Counted from the stretch's first letter, positions 42,938 to 51,427 are shown. The stretch: 61,974 bases of DNA from a bacterium (GCA_023246195.1 JAHFIW010000004.1:1-61974); one strand, 5' to 3'. Translations and numbers: made by a program. Notes: generated by a model not told the origin, from the sequence alone.

Positions 42938-43432
42938 CTATCGTTTGATCATCCTCGCCGGCAGATGTTTTGGAAGCACGAGCCAGAGATAATAGACGAT
43001 GAACCCGTCCGCAAAGATGCCGCCCAGCAAAAGCAACGACGGACGCACGACGAGATGCTCGATGCCGAAGACCTCCACGACCGAAAAAAAGGCCAACATC
43101 GCGTTCCGGAGCTTCCATGAACGGTACCAGGTGCCGGTAGCGATAAGCAGATTGACGACGCCCAGCGCCACAAAGACGATACCGGTCCGAATAATGCGAC
43201 TGTCGCTTACGTATACCCGCGAAAGCAAGAACCGAAAAAGCGCGTTGGTTGGATCTTCCAACAACTCCCTGGCGACGAGGTGACGAGTGCCTATGAGCAG
43301 TATTCCCGTGACGAGTTCCAGACTGCCCCACACCGCCTTGTACAGCACGATGGCCACCAACCCGAGCGGATGGCCATAATACAGCTCGCCCGTATATTGC
43401 ACCGGTTCTTCTGACGTATGCGAATACTCCAT
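42938..43432 (-). CDS. DUF2127-family membrane protein
   Basis: GLVAIVLYKAVWGSLELVTGILLI...ELLEDP...FIVYYLWLVLPKH. Paralog of 58684..59184. Confidence 0.7.
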   Translation of the reverse strand: MEYSHTSEEPVQYTGELYYGHPLGLVAIVLYKAVWGSLELVTGILLIGTRHLVARELLEDPTNALFRFLLSRVYVSDSRIIRTGIVFVALGVVNLLIATGTWYRSWKLRNAMLAFFSVVEVFGIEHLVVRPSLLLLGGIFADGFIVYYLWLVLPKHLPARMIKR

Positions 43433-43534
43433 AGTTGACTCACTTCGACCGCATGGTAGCACGATGCCACCTTATCGTAAATGACGCGTCCTCACAGGAC
43501 GCGTCATTATCCGACGTGCACGCGCTTTCATTCA

Positions 43535-45358
43535 TCACCGTACCGCCTCCAGCGCGGCAATGGCCTTCTTGAGGCTTTTTTTGGTATCACAGGTGATGCC
43601 AAGGGACATGCTCCATTCGGTGCGGCGGTTACGGATGACATACTGCGCCGCGTCCCGACCGAAAAGCTCGCCCATGACGCGCGACGAATCCTCCAACGAC
43701 CTGAATTGCAGCGGGAGAAACAGGCCTCGTTTGTACCACGTCAAGCCGCACGACGTCCTCGTCGCCGACGCAGTCATTCGTCGCTCCTGCCACTCTTCAA
43801 AGTCGCTCGCGGGAATGCCGTCAGGCACGTACTTGAACCACAACGCGTTCAATGCGTCATTGTACATCTCATCCCATCCTATCGTGTAAAATCTTCCGCC
43901 CTCGGAAAGCATGTCGTATGCGGCCTTGAGATTCCGCAGCGTATGACGCTTGTCAGCTCCCACGAATCCGAAAGCGTCGATGACCAGGTCCGATTCTCCC
44001 TTTCGCGTTTTGGCGAAGATGGCCGGGGTCGCACACGCGATCTTGACGGCGCGACCGGAGGTCAGGTCACGCCGGAGACTTTTTGAGGCAAAATCGCACA
44101 TGACGGCATCCGGTTCGATGCCGACAAGATTTCCCTTATATGCCAACCGATCAAGCATGAGACGAACCATCCGACCCGTACGGGCATTGATGTCGACGGG
44201 GTTCGCGACGACTTTTTTCCCGATATGACGCGCGATCAAGTCGAAACAAATTGCCTGAGGATCCTGCGCCTCGGCGTACGCGTCATACGTCTGCGGATCC
44301 GTCTTACCCGCGGAGATCGTGCCGTTTTCGATCCGATAGGAATTTCGCTTCAGCAGCAGGCGCTCAAACTGTTCGGGGTTCTTGAGCCTCGATACGGAAG
44401 ATGACATCTCGTACACGACGGACGGGTCCTCCTCCGCGATAAGCGCCGTCTCCAGCACGCCAACCGACGCGCGATTGGCCATGGCTCGCAACCCACGCGC
44501 CGCAAGGCGCCTTTGACGGGAAACGGGGCTCTTCAGGCACGTTTCAAGAAAAAGTCGCGCTTCATGAGAAGGGCTGCATTGAATCGCATAAAACGCGTTG
44601 TGTCCGACATTATAGTCATCCGAATCCGTCAGCCGAACGAGCGCGCGAAAAATGGCGGCATCCATTATGCGAAGCCTACCTGCCAACCAGCATGCGTTTC
44701 CGATTTCTTCGATCGTAGATCCCTTGAGGATCGCGGACTTGACCACCGGATAAATCCGCGACAACGACGAATCGTCGCACAGGCAGAGAATCGATATGAC
44801 AGACCTCTTGTCATGCAAGTTGCGCAGATAATGTCCGATGTCCGCGAATGTTCCGCGCACGAGAGAACGCTTCAGCAAATGCACGGCGCTTTCCACGCCG
44901 AGATTTTCAAGTGAAAAGGCCGCTTGCCACCAGGCATCCGGATTTCTGGCCTCGCGCACGACGGAATTGAGATACTCGACGATAAAATGATGGCGATTCC
45001 GGTATTGGCCGAACGCCCAAGCCAAGCCGGCCGATTCGTACAAGGTCACGGCGTTACCGGCATGCTGCGCGGAACTCACGACAAAATCGACGTCAAAATG
45101 CTGCAGCAACCCGCCGATGTTCCAGTCATACGATTTCCCGTGCGACGGCAACGCGTCAATGAGGTGGAAGACGTCGCCAAAAGAGGCGGTCTTCTTGATT
45201 TTCTCGGCCAGTTCCTGCTGCTCGTCTTCGGTCAACACGCGCTCGTCAAGTGCGGCAAAGTCCCCTTCGCTCAATCGCGACCAGAGGGCGGCAACGTTCT
45301 TCACACCGTTTTTCTTCGCTTTCGGCATAGCTGATGAAGTAAGGGCGGTTATCGCCAC
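43535..45358 (-). CDS. fusion protein: N-terminal HEAT/ARM-like repeat region plus C-terminal class-I methyltransferase-like fold with a degenerate SAM motif
   Basis: HEAT-like segment RRLAARGLRAMANRASVGVLETALIAEEDPSVVYEM. C-terminal MTase-like strands (VDINARTGRMV ... LVGIEPD ... DLVIDAFGF ... LSEGGRFYTIGW). GTG start at 45358, alternative ATG at 45328. Confidence 0.5.
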   Translation of the reverse strand: MAITALTSSAMPKAKKNGVKNVAALWSRLSEGDFAALDERVLTEDEQQELAEKIKKTASFGDVFHLIDALPSHGKSYDWNIGGLLQHFDVDFVVSSAQHAGNAVTLYESAGLAWAFGQYRNRHHFIVEYLNSVVREARNPDAWWQAAFSLENLGVESAVHLLKRSLVRGTFADIGHYLRNLHDKRSVISILCLCDDSSLSRIYPVVKSAILKGSTIEEIGNACWLAGRLRIMDAAIFRALVRLTDSDDYNVGHNAFYAIQCSPSHEARLFLETCLKSPVSRQRRLAARGLRAMANRASVGVLETALIAEEDPSVVYEMSSSVSRLKNPEQFERLLLKRNSYRIENGTISAGKTDPQTYDAYAEAQDPQAICFDLIARHIGKKVVANPVDINARTGRMVRLMLDRLAYKGNLVGIEPDAVMCDFASKSLRRDLTSGRAVKIACATPAIFAKTRKGESDLVIDAFGFVGADKRHTLRNLKAAYDMLSEGGRFYTIGWDEMYNDALNALWFKYVPDGIPASDFEEWQERRMTASATRTSCGLTWYKRGLFLPLQFRSLEDSSRVMGELFGRDAAQYVIRNRRTEWSMSLGITCDTKKSLKKAIAALEAVR

Positions 45359-45402
45359 TTACCCTATGCCTTTTTCCATTCTTTTGTCAACAGCCTGACA
45401 CT

Positions 45403-46344
45403 TTAACTCAGGAACTGCGCATAATAGCCGATGAACGCGACGTAAAAGGCAATCAAGAACCAACCCTCGACGCGATCGAGCGAGCGCCTGGTCCACATGA
45501 ACATGCCGAACAGCGCCACCAGCGCGGTCAGGAAGGCGCAAGAAGCCATCACTGCGGCATACTGCGGAACGGTGAACGGGCTGATAAGGGCGAGCAATCC
45601 GAGCGTCGGCGTATTCATGAGCGTACTGCCAAAAAGGTCGCCGAGAACGACATCGTTATGCCTGCGCGATTCAGTCAGCACGAAGGTCGTCTCCGGGACA
45701 TTGGTGCCGACCGAAAACAGCATCAAGCCGATGATGAGCGCGGAAATGCCGAGCTCTTTGGCGACGAGCACGGCCGACGATACCAGGAAATACGAAGCCA
45801 CCAGCAACACCGACATGGCAACGATTCCGATGATGGCGTTCCTCCGCAAAGACTTGCCTGAATTCGCGTGCGTCGCAAAGGCCCGGCCGTCCTTCTTCTG
45901 CACGCGGTACATGTGCGCCATAAAGCCGACATGCGCCGCAATGAGCACCATCCCGTCCGCGCGTGTCAGCCTCCCGTCAACGAGCACCGCCGCAGGCAAA
46001 AGCACGTCGAGCAAAAAAAGCACCAGGGTGCCGTTTCGGTAAAGCGAATTGTGCCTCACCTTCCCCGAGATGACCGCGGAAAGGCCGACCAACAGCGACA
46101 GGATGACGATATTGGCACCGATCAAGTCGCCCAGAGAGAGTTCCGGCATGCCGCGAGCCGCGGAAAAGACGGCCACTGAAATTTCCGGCATCGAAGTGGC
46201 GAAACCGAGCACTCCGAAAGAAACGAGGAAGCCGCTGAGGCTCACGCCGCGGGCGATGCCGCTGACCGAGCGGGCGATGTAGCTCGCGGCACGGCTCACC
46301 ACTAACGAAAGGGCGGCTATCAGGAGGAGATGGAAAATGATCAT
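45403..46344 (-). CDS. CaCA-family sodium/calcium exchanger membrane protein (YrbG-like)
   Basis: Two alpha-repeat motifs (GFATSMPEISVAVFSA...LGDLIGANIVILSL and SVGTNVPETTFVLTES...VLGDLFGSTLMN). Its ATG 46344 overlaps the helicase stop as ATGA. Confidence 0.8.
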   Translation of the reverse strand: MIIFHLLLIAALSLVVSRAASYIARSVSGIARGVSLSGFLVSFGVLGFATSMPEISVAVFSAARGMPELSLGDLIGANIVILSLLVGLSAVISGKVRHNSLYRNGTLVLFLLDVLLPAAVLVDGRLTRADGMVLIAAHVGFMAHMYRVQKKDGRAFATHANSGKSLRRNAIIGIVAMSVLLVASYFLVSSAVLVAKELGISALIIGLMLFSVGTNVPETTFVLTESRRHNDVVLGDLFGSTLMNTPTLGLLALISPFTVPQYAAVMASCAFLTALVALFGMFMWTRRSLDRVEGWFLIAFYVAFIGYYAQFLS

Positions 46345-47972
46345 TGCCGTACCAATCCAAGCTTCTTGAGCCGAGAGCGAATGCCTCCCGTTTTGCGACC
46401 GAGCGCCGCCGCCATGTCGCGGACTTTTGCGCCGCCGCCATGCAGGACGATGAGCCTGTCCTGTTCCTCGTCCGTCCATTTTTCGTAGGCGTTGACGTGT
46501 TTCTGGTTGACGTCTTCCGAAGAGAATGACCGTAACGGCGCTTCTTCGGGGCAGACGTTCTCTGCAGGGCCCGCCGCGGATTTCCTGTCGGATTTTCTTA
46601 TCTTGGTCCCTGCGGTCTTCCCTGCCTTCGGCTCCTTCTTCATCTTGCCGCCGCAGCGCGTGACGAAGGCCGCCTCCAACGCGAATTTTTCTTCTCCGTC
46701 CATGCCCTCTATCCAGACGGAAGCCTGATTCGACTCTTCCTTGAAATCCTGATCCTTAAGCAGGATGTCGGGATGCACGGAGAGCGCCTTCTTTCCGAAG
46801 TCGATCAAGTACAAACCGGACAATCGCCGCACGCGCGACAAGGCCACATAGCCCTGCCCGTATTCAAAGGCGTTCGACAGATCCATGATTGCGGCGTCTA
46901 AGCTCATGCCCTGACTCTTGTGCACCGTCATGGCCCAGGCGAGCCGAAGCGGCACCTGCTCCACCGAGCCGCGTTTCTTCCCGTTCTCTTCTACCGACCA
47001 TTCCTTCGGCTCGGCAACCACGCGTTCGCCGCCGCGAGTGCGCACGATCGGATTGCCGCTGCCGATCTCGAACCCCTCAACGACGCCAAGCGTGCCGTTG
47101 ACGTAGCCCATCTGCGGATTGTTACGAGTGAACATCACGGCCGCGCCCAACTTCAGATGCAAAACTTCAGGCGAGAGACAGCCTCGCTTCAGCGATGCCA
47201 CCACGCCGTCCTTGCCGCTCGATCGCATCAAATACGTTTTCGGGCTGCCGGGAAGTCGGGTCAACGCATCGGCATTCAGCCGGTCGACGTCGGCATTGTG
47301 CGGAAACAGCTTGACCACGTCGTCGACGTCCTCGCCCTCGGCTGCCATGCGCGAGCGCAACAGGTCCAAATGCTCGGTCGTCACCTGGTTCTCGCGAATG
47401 GCCGTGAGCACCGACAAGAACTCGCCGTCGTCTTGGCGATATTGCCCTTCCAAGTAGCAGACCAGCGGTCGATACGCCGCCCATGCGGGAGAGGCGAAAG
47501 CGAAGGTTGCGCGAGGTTCACCGCGATCGACGCGCGACACCGGCGGCAGCTGAAAGAAGTCACCGACGCAAATGAGCTGGATGTCCCCGAAAGCCGCAGG
47601 ATTCTGCCGGATAGCGCGACAGACCGTGTCGACCATGGAAAAAGTGCGGGCATCAAGCATCGAAATCTCATCGATGATCAGCACCTGCGTCTTGAGAATG
47701 CGCCGCACCAGCGGCTCGTTGCTCGTAATCTGATCGATGTCCCAAGCCGAAAGCGACGAACGGATGCCGATGCCGCTCCAGGAATGAATCGTCATGCCGC
47801 CGATGTGCGTGGCCGCGATGCCGGTAGACGCCGTCACCGCCGGCTCAATCCCCCGCTCCCGAAGCCATGCAACGTAGGCGTTAACGGTGTGCGTCTTACC
47901 CGAACCGGGCCCACCCGTGAGGAAGGCGTTCGCGCCGGTCTTGAGCAGTGAGAGCGCCTGTTCTTGAGTCAT
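46341..47972 (-). CDS. PIF1/RecD-like SF1B DNA helicase with a C-terminal HTH extension
   Basis: Walker A TGGPGSGKTHTV, Walker B LIIDEISMLD, motif V/VI TVHKSQGMSLD...YVALSRV. C-terminal WTDEEQDRLIVLHGGGAKVRDMAAALGRKTGGIRSRLKKLGL. Confidence 0.85.
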   Translation of the reverse strand: MTQEQALSLLKTGANAFLTGGPGSGKTHTVNAYVAWLRERGIEPAVTASTGIAATHIGGMTIHSWSGIGIRSSLSAWDIDQITSNEPLVRRILKTQVLIIDEISMLDARTFSMVDTVCRAIRQNPAAFGDIQLICVGDFFQLPPVSRVDRGEPRATFAFASPAWAAYRPLVCYLEGQYRQDDGEFLSVLTAIRENQVTTEHLDLLRSRMAAEGEDVDDVVKLFPHNADVDRLNADALTRLPGSPKTYLMRSSGKDGVVASLKRGCLSPEVLHLKLGAAVMFTRNNPQMGYVNGTLGVVEGFEIGSGNPIVRTRGGERVVAEPKEWSVEENGKKRGSVEQVPLRLAWAMTVHKSQGMSLDAAIMDLSNAFEYGQGYVALSRVRRLSGLYLIDFGKKALSVHPDILLKDQDFKEESNQASVWIEGMDGEEKFALEAAFVTRCGGKMKKEPKAGKTAGTKIRKSDRKSAAGPAENVCPEEAPLRSFSSEDVNQKHVNAYEKWTDEEQDRLIVLHGGGAKVRDMAAALGRKTGGIRSRLKKLGLVRQ

Positions 47973-47982
47973 ACGTCAGGAA

Positions 47983-47991
47983 AGAATAGCA
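47983..47991 (-). promoter_or_regulatory. extended -10 element TGCTATTCT, 10 nt from the helicase ATG (near-leaderless)
   Basis: The minus strand reads gTGCTATTCTttcctgacgtATG. Confidence 0.45.
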
Positions 47992-48144
47992 CGAGGGAGC
48001 CGTGACTTACCATGTGGCCGAAAAGCGGGCAAATCGGAGCTTACATGACAAAAATGCGGGCTGTGGATGGTTCAACGATTGTCAGCCTTGCAATTACGCG
48101 CTCAATTGCCTATGCTGCCTCCTCTATTCATCATATCCATGCAT

Positions 48145-48738
48145 ATGCAGATTGCATTTCCGCGTCTCCGCGTGGCTGTTGCAGCGGTCGGCATCGCCAT
48201 CGCCGCCTTCGCAACATCCGTCGTCCCCACGGCCACTTCCACCACGGTCGCTTCGGCCGCCTCGTCCGACTACTTCCTTAAGATCGACGGCATCGACGGC
48301 GAATCCACCTCCGTCACGCACCCTGGCACCATCGACGTCGAATCATGGTCATGGGGCGCTTCCAACCCGATCACTGTCGGGGCAGGCGGCATGGGCGTCG
48401 GCAAGGTCTCGGTCAGCGACCTGAGCTTCACCCATCGCATCGACAAGGCATCTCCCAAGCTGTTCGAGGCCTGCGCAACCGGCAAGCATCTCTCCAAGGT
48501 TACGCTTTACGCGCAAACCCGCAGCCACTTCAACGGCAATACGCCCAAGGACAACTATGTCCTGACCCTCGAGGACGTCCTCTGCACTTCGATCCAGCAC
48601 TCCGGAACGCAGAATGACTACCCGCAGGACGCCGTCACTTTAAACTTCGCCAAACTCAAGATCGACTACGCCCCGCCGGGACCGGACGCCGCCCTCATCA
48701 GCGTCGGCTGGGACCGCACCAAGAGCTCCAGCCTGTAG
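48145..48738 (+). CDS. Hcp-fold protein (T6SS tube protein family) preceded by a Sec-type signal peptide
   Basis: Residues from about 41 onward align motif by motif with Hcp1: DYFLKIDGIDGES, IDVESWSWG, GKVSVSDLSFTHRIDKASPKLFEACATGKH, LTLEDVLCTS, VTLNFAKLKIDY. N-terminus MQIAFPRLRVAVAAVGIAIAAFATSVVPTATSTTVASA. An alternative upstream ATG at 48067 only lengthens the hydrophobic N-terminus. Confidence 0.8.
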   Translation: MQIAFPRLRVAVAAVGIAIAAFATSVVPTATSTTVASAASSDYFLKIDGIDGESTSVTHPGTIDVESWSWGASNPITVGAGGMGVGKVSVSDLSFTHRIDKASPKLFEACATGKHLSKVTLYAQTRSHFNGNTPKDNYVLTLEDVLCTSIQHSGTQNDYPQDAVTLNFAKLKIDYAPPGPDAALISVGWDRTKSSSL

Positions 48739-48753
48739 CCGCTCCGTCAGATC

Positions 48754-48791
48754 AACGAAAAACGCGGGGACTTTCCCTGCGTTTTTCGTTG
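48754..48791 (+). terminator. intrinsic terminator after the Hcp-like gene
   Basis: Long stem AACGAAAAACGCGGGG / CCCTGCGTTTTTCGTT (one mismatch). Confidence 0.65.
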
Positions 48792-48867
48792 AAAATCCGC
48801 GTTTCCGATACGCATCTGCGCCGAACCTGTCAGAACCCCACACCCCAAGACCTGATCACATTTTGCA

Positions 48868-48903
48868 CAAAAAAATCCCTCCTACGTGACGTCGAAGGGA
48901 TTG
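48868..48903 (-). terminator. intrinsic terminator after the 48914..49156 gene
   Basis: Stem AATCCCT (48874-48880) / AGGGATT (48896-48902), then TTTTTTTG on the minus strand. Confidence 0.6.
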
Positions 48904-48913
48904 CCGTTTTTGC

Positions 48914-49156
48914 CTAGAGTCCGTGAACGATGATTTGCTCCCGATGTTCGCCGTTCCGACTGACGATCACGACCGTTTTTCCGGACCTGATCGCCTTCAC
49001 GACAATCAGGGCGATGTCAACCGCCTGCACGATGGCATTTGTCCTGTTTCTGGCCCCGAGCATGTTCGTGAGCCTCTCCACTTTCCTGAACGTGGCGTTC
49101 AATATCCCGAGATGCACCGTCTTGTGCTTGGTTTTCGTATCGGCCTGTTCGCTCAT
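48914..49156 (-). CDS. hypothetical small protein (80 aa)
   Basis: MSEQADTKTKHKTVHLGILNATFRKVERLTNMLGARNRTNAIVQAVDIALIVVKAIRSGKTVVIVSRNGEHREQIIVHGL. AAAGGAA lies 4 nt upstream of ATG 49156. Own terminator. Confidence 0.5.
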   Translation of the reverse strand: MSEQADTKTKHKTVHLGILNATFRKVERLTNMLGARNRTNAIVQAVDIALIVVKAIRSGKTVVIVSRNGEHREQIIVHGL

Positions 49157-49278
49157 GACTTTCCTTTCGTCTGTGCGTGCAGTTCTGCAAAAAACTCGTG
49201 CCAACAATGTAGCCGAAAACGCCTTCATTGTCAACGACAACAATGGCATTCAAACTTCCAAAACCGGCACCCGATGAG

Positions 49279-50781
49279 TCATTTCCCTGATCCTTCGCTC
49301 GCATGTTCCCGTATCGTGTTCAAGAAAATCTCACCGAAGGTTTCCAGCTTCTTGGCACCGACGCCGTAGAGCTTGGAAAACGCGACCAGCGTCGTCGGCC
49401 TGGTGTCGGCCATCTCCATAAGGCTCTTGTCGCCGAAGATGACGTAGGCCGGGACCTTGCGCTCATCGGCAAGCGTTTTGCGGAGTTTGCGCAGCTTCTC
49501 GAAAAGCACGATGTCTTTGACCGCGTCCTTGACGCCGTCCTTGCCACGGACTCGGGATGCGCCGCTCGGCGCAACGCATTCCATCTCGCGCGGCGGCAGA
49601 CAGGTGTCGCACGAGCCGCAATTTTCCGGCAGGTCGGTTTCGCCGAAGTATCGCAGCAAGTAGCGGCGGCGGCAGACGCCGTCATCGGCGTAGCGCACGA
49701 CCTCGTCGATCTTGCGCGTGGCCTTGATCTTCTCGGCGACGTTTTGGATCTGGTTCACGAAGAACATGTGCTTCCAGCGATCGCCCGCGGAAAAGAACAG
49801 CACGCACTCGCTCGGCAGGCCGTCGCGTCCGGCACGGCCGGTTTCCTGATAATAGCCCTCGACTGATTTGGGCATGTCGTAATGCACCACCAGACGCACG
49901 TTCGGCTTGTTGATGCCCATGCCAAACGCGATGGTCGCCACGACGATGCGGACGTCGTCGCGGATGAAGGCCTCCTGCACTTTGGCGCGCAAAGGGGCAT
50001 CCAGGCCGGCGTGATACGCCTCGGCAACGAAACCCTCGCGGCGCAACTGCTCGGCGAGTTCCTCGGTGGATTTTTTGGAGAAACGGTAAATGATGACGCT
50101 CTCTTCCTTGCGTTCCTTGAGCAAGCCGAGAAGCTGCGCGAAAGCCTTCTGTTTTTTGAGGACGCCGTAGGTGAGATTGGGACGATCAAAGCTCGAGGTG
50201 AAGACGCGGCCGCCGTACAGTCGGAGCTGCTTCATGATATCATCACGCACCTTGGGCGTGGCCGTCGCGGTGAGCGCGATCACCGGCACGGTCGGAAAGG
50301 CCGCACGGAGGTTGGCGAGATTACGATAGTCGGGACGGAAATCGTGTCCCCACTCGGAAATGCAGTGCGCCTCGTCCACGGCGATAAGCGACACTGGCAG
50401 CGAACGGATGAAGCCGGCGCCGCCTGAATATCCGAGCCGTTCTGGCGCGATATACAAAATCTTGATGCGTCCTCCCAGCACCTGACGATGAATGTGCGAA
50501 ATCTCCCCCGGCGGCAACGAGCTGTTCAGGCAGGCTGCGGCGATACCGGCGGCATTGAGGCTGTCCATCTGGTCCTTCATCAGCGAAATCAGGGGCGAGA
50601 TCACCAAGGTGAGGCCGTCGAGCATCACTGCCGGAAGCTGATAGCAAAGCGACTTTCCGCCGCCCGTGGGCATCAGCACCAGCGCGTCCTTGCCGGCCAT
50701 GACATGATTGACGATTTCATCCTGCGGCGGACGGAAGGCGTCGTAGCCGAAGTAGCGTTTGAGGTATTCGAGGGGAAGCAT
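49279..50781 (-). CDS. recQ: ATP-dependent DNA helicase RecQ (short form, 500 aa)
   Basis: FRPPQ, MPTGGGKSLCYQLPA, DEAHCISEWGHDFRPDY, and the RecQ-Ct zinc motif (CRRRYLLRYFGE...CGSCDTC). Confidence 0.92.
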   Translation of the reverse strand: MLPLEYLKRYFGYDAFRPPQDEIVNHVMAGKDALVLMPTGGGKSLCYQLPAVMLDGLTLVISPLISLMKDQMDSLNAAGIAAACLNSSLPPGEISHIHRQVLGGRIKILYIAPERLGYSGGAGFIRSLPVSLIAVDEAHCISEWGHDFRPDYRNLANLRAAFPTVPVIALTATATPKVRDDIMKQLRLYGGRVFTSSFDRPNLTYGVLKKQKAFAQLLGLLKERKEESVIIYRFSKKSTEELAEQLRREGFVAEAYHAGLDAPLRAKVQEAFIRDDVRIVVATIAFGMGINKPNVRLVVHYDMPKSVEGYYQETGRAGRDGLPSECVLFFSAGDRWKHMFFVNQIQNVAEKIKATRKIDEVVRYADDGVCRRRYLLRYFGETDLPENCGSCDTCLPPREMECVAPSGASRVRGKDGVKDAVKDIVLFEKLRKLRKTLADERKVPAYVIFGDKSLMEMADTRPTTLVAFSKLYGVGAKKLETFGEIFLNTIREHASEGSGK

Positions 50782-50895
50782 GAAAGACGCTGAACGCGTT
50801 AGGTCGCCACCAGTATCACACGGTGACGGGAATGCACAAGTGGATGGACGGCACTTCGGGTCAAACGTACGGAATTGCCACCCTCATTCGCGCAA

Positions 50896-50924
50896 CAAAA
50901 AGCGCCACCCGTGAGGATGGCGCC
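50896..50924 (-). terminator. intrinsic terminator after the CxxC-x17-CxxC gene
   Basis: Stem GCGCCA (50902-50907) / TGGCGC (50918-50923), then TTTTTG on the minus strand. Confidence 0.6.
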
Positions 50925-50931
50925 TTCGCTT

Positions 50932-51417
50932 TTACTCGAGTTCGACGTTGCCGGCAGCGAGCGTCTTGAGAAGGCGGTCGATCTTGCCTTCGATGGCCGC
51001 AAGACGGGCCTCGATCTTGCCGGTATCGGCAGACGGCGCGCGCATCGGCGAGCCGTAGCCTGCGGGCTTCCTGGCGCCGAATGCTCCCGGGACGCGCTCG
51101 TCGCGCCTCTCGAAATTGCGGTTACCGGAGTACGTGGACTCCGCTCCGCGATCCTTCTTGAAGCAGTTGGTGCAAAGTACCGGCTTGCTGCCGTTCGGCT
51201 TGAACGGCACGCGGCAAGGCTTGTGGCAGACGTCGCAGATGGCATCGTGAGCCATCGGCTTGTCGCCGAACGAGCTCTTGCGGGGCGCGTACGTGCCCTT
51301 CTTCTCGCCATATCCGCTCTTAAAGGAAGCAGAAGACGCACCAGAGCGGCTGACGTATTTCTTTGCGGGGCTTTTGCCGAATCCGCCGTCCGGTTTGCTG
51401 CGAGGATATGGAGACAT
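50932..51417 (-). CDS. CxxC-x17-CxxC zinc-ribbon protein with low-complexity flanks and a C-terminal amphipathic helix
   Basis: CDVC-HKPCRVPFKPNGSKPVL-CTNC has exactly 17 residues between the CxxC pairs. G/S/K/R-rich flanks. C-terminus IEARLAAIEGKIDRLLKTL. Confidence 0.7.
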   Translation of the reverse strand: MSPYPRSKPDGGFGKSPAKKYVSRSGASSASFKSGYGEKKGTYAPRKSSFGDKPMAHDAICDVCHKPCRVPFKPNGSKPVLCTNCFKKDRGAESTYSGNRNFERRDERVPGAFGARKPAGYGSPMRAPSADTGKIEARLAAIEGKIDRLLKTLAAGNVELE

Positions 51418-51427
51418 AGTGCTGCAT

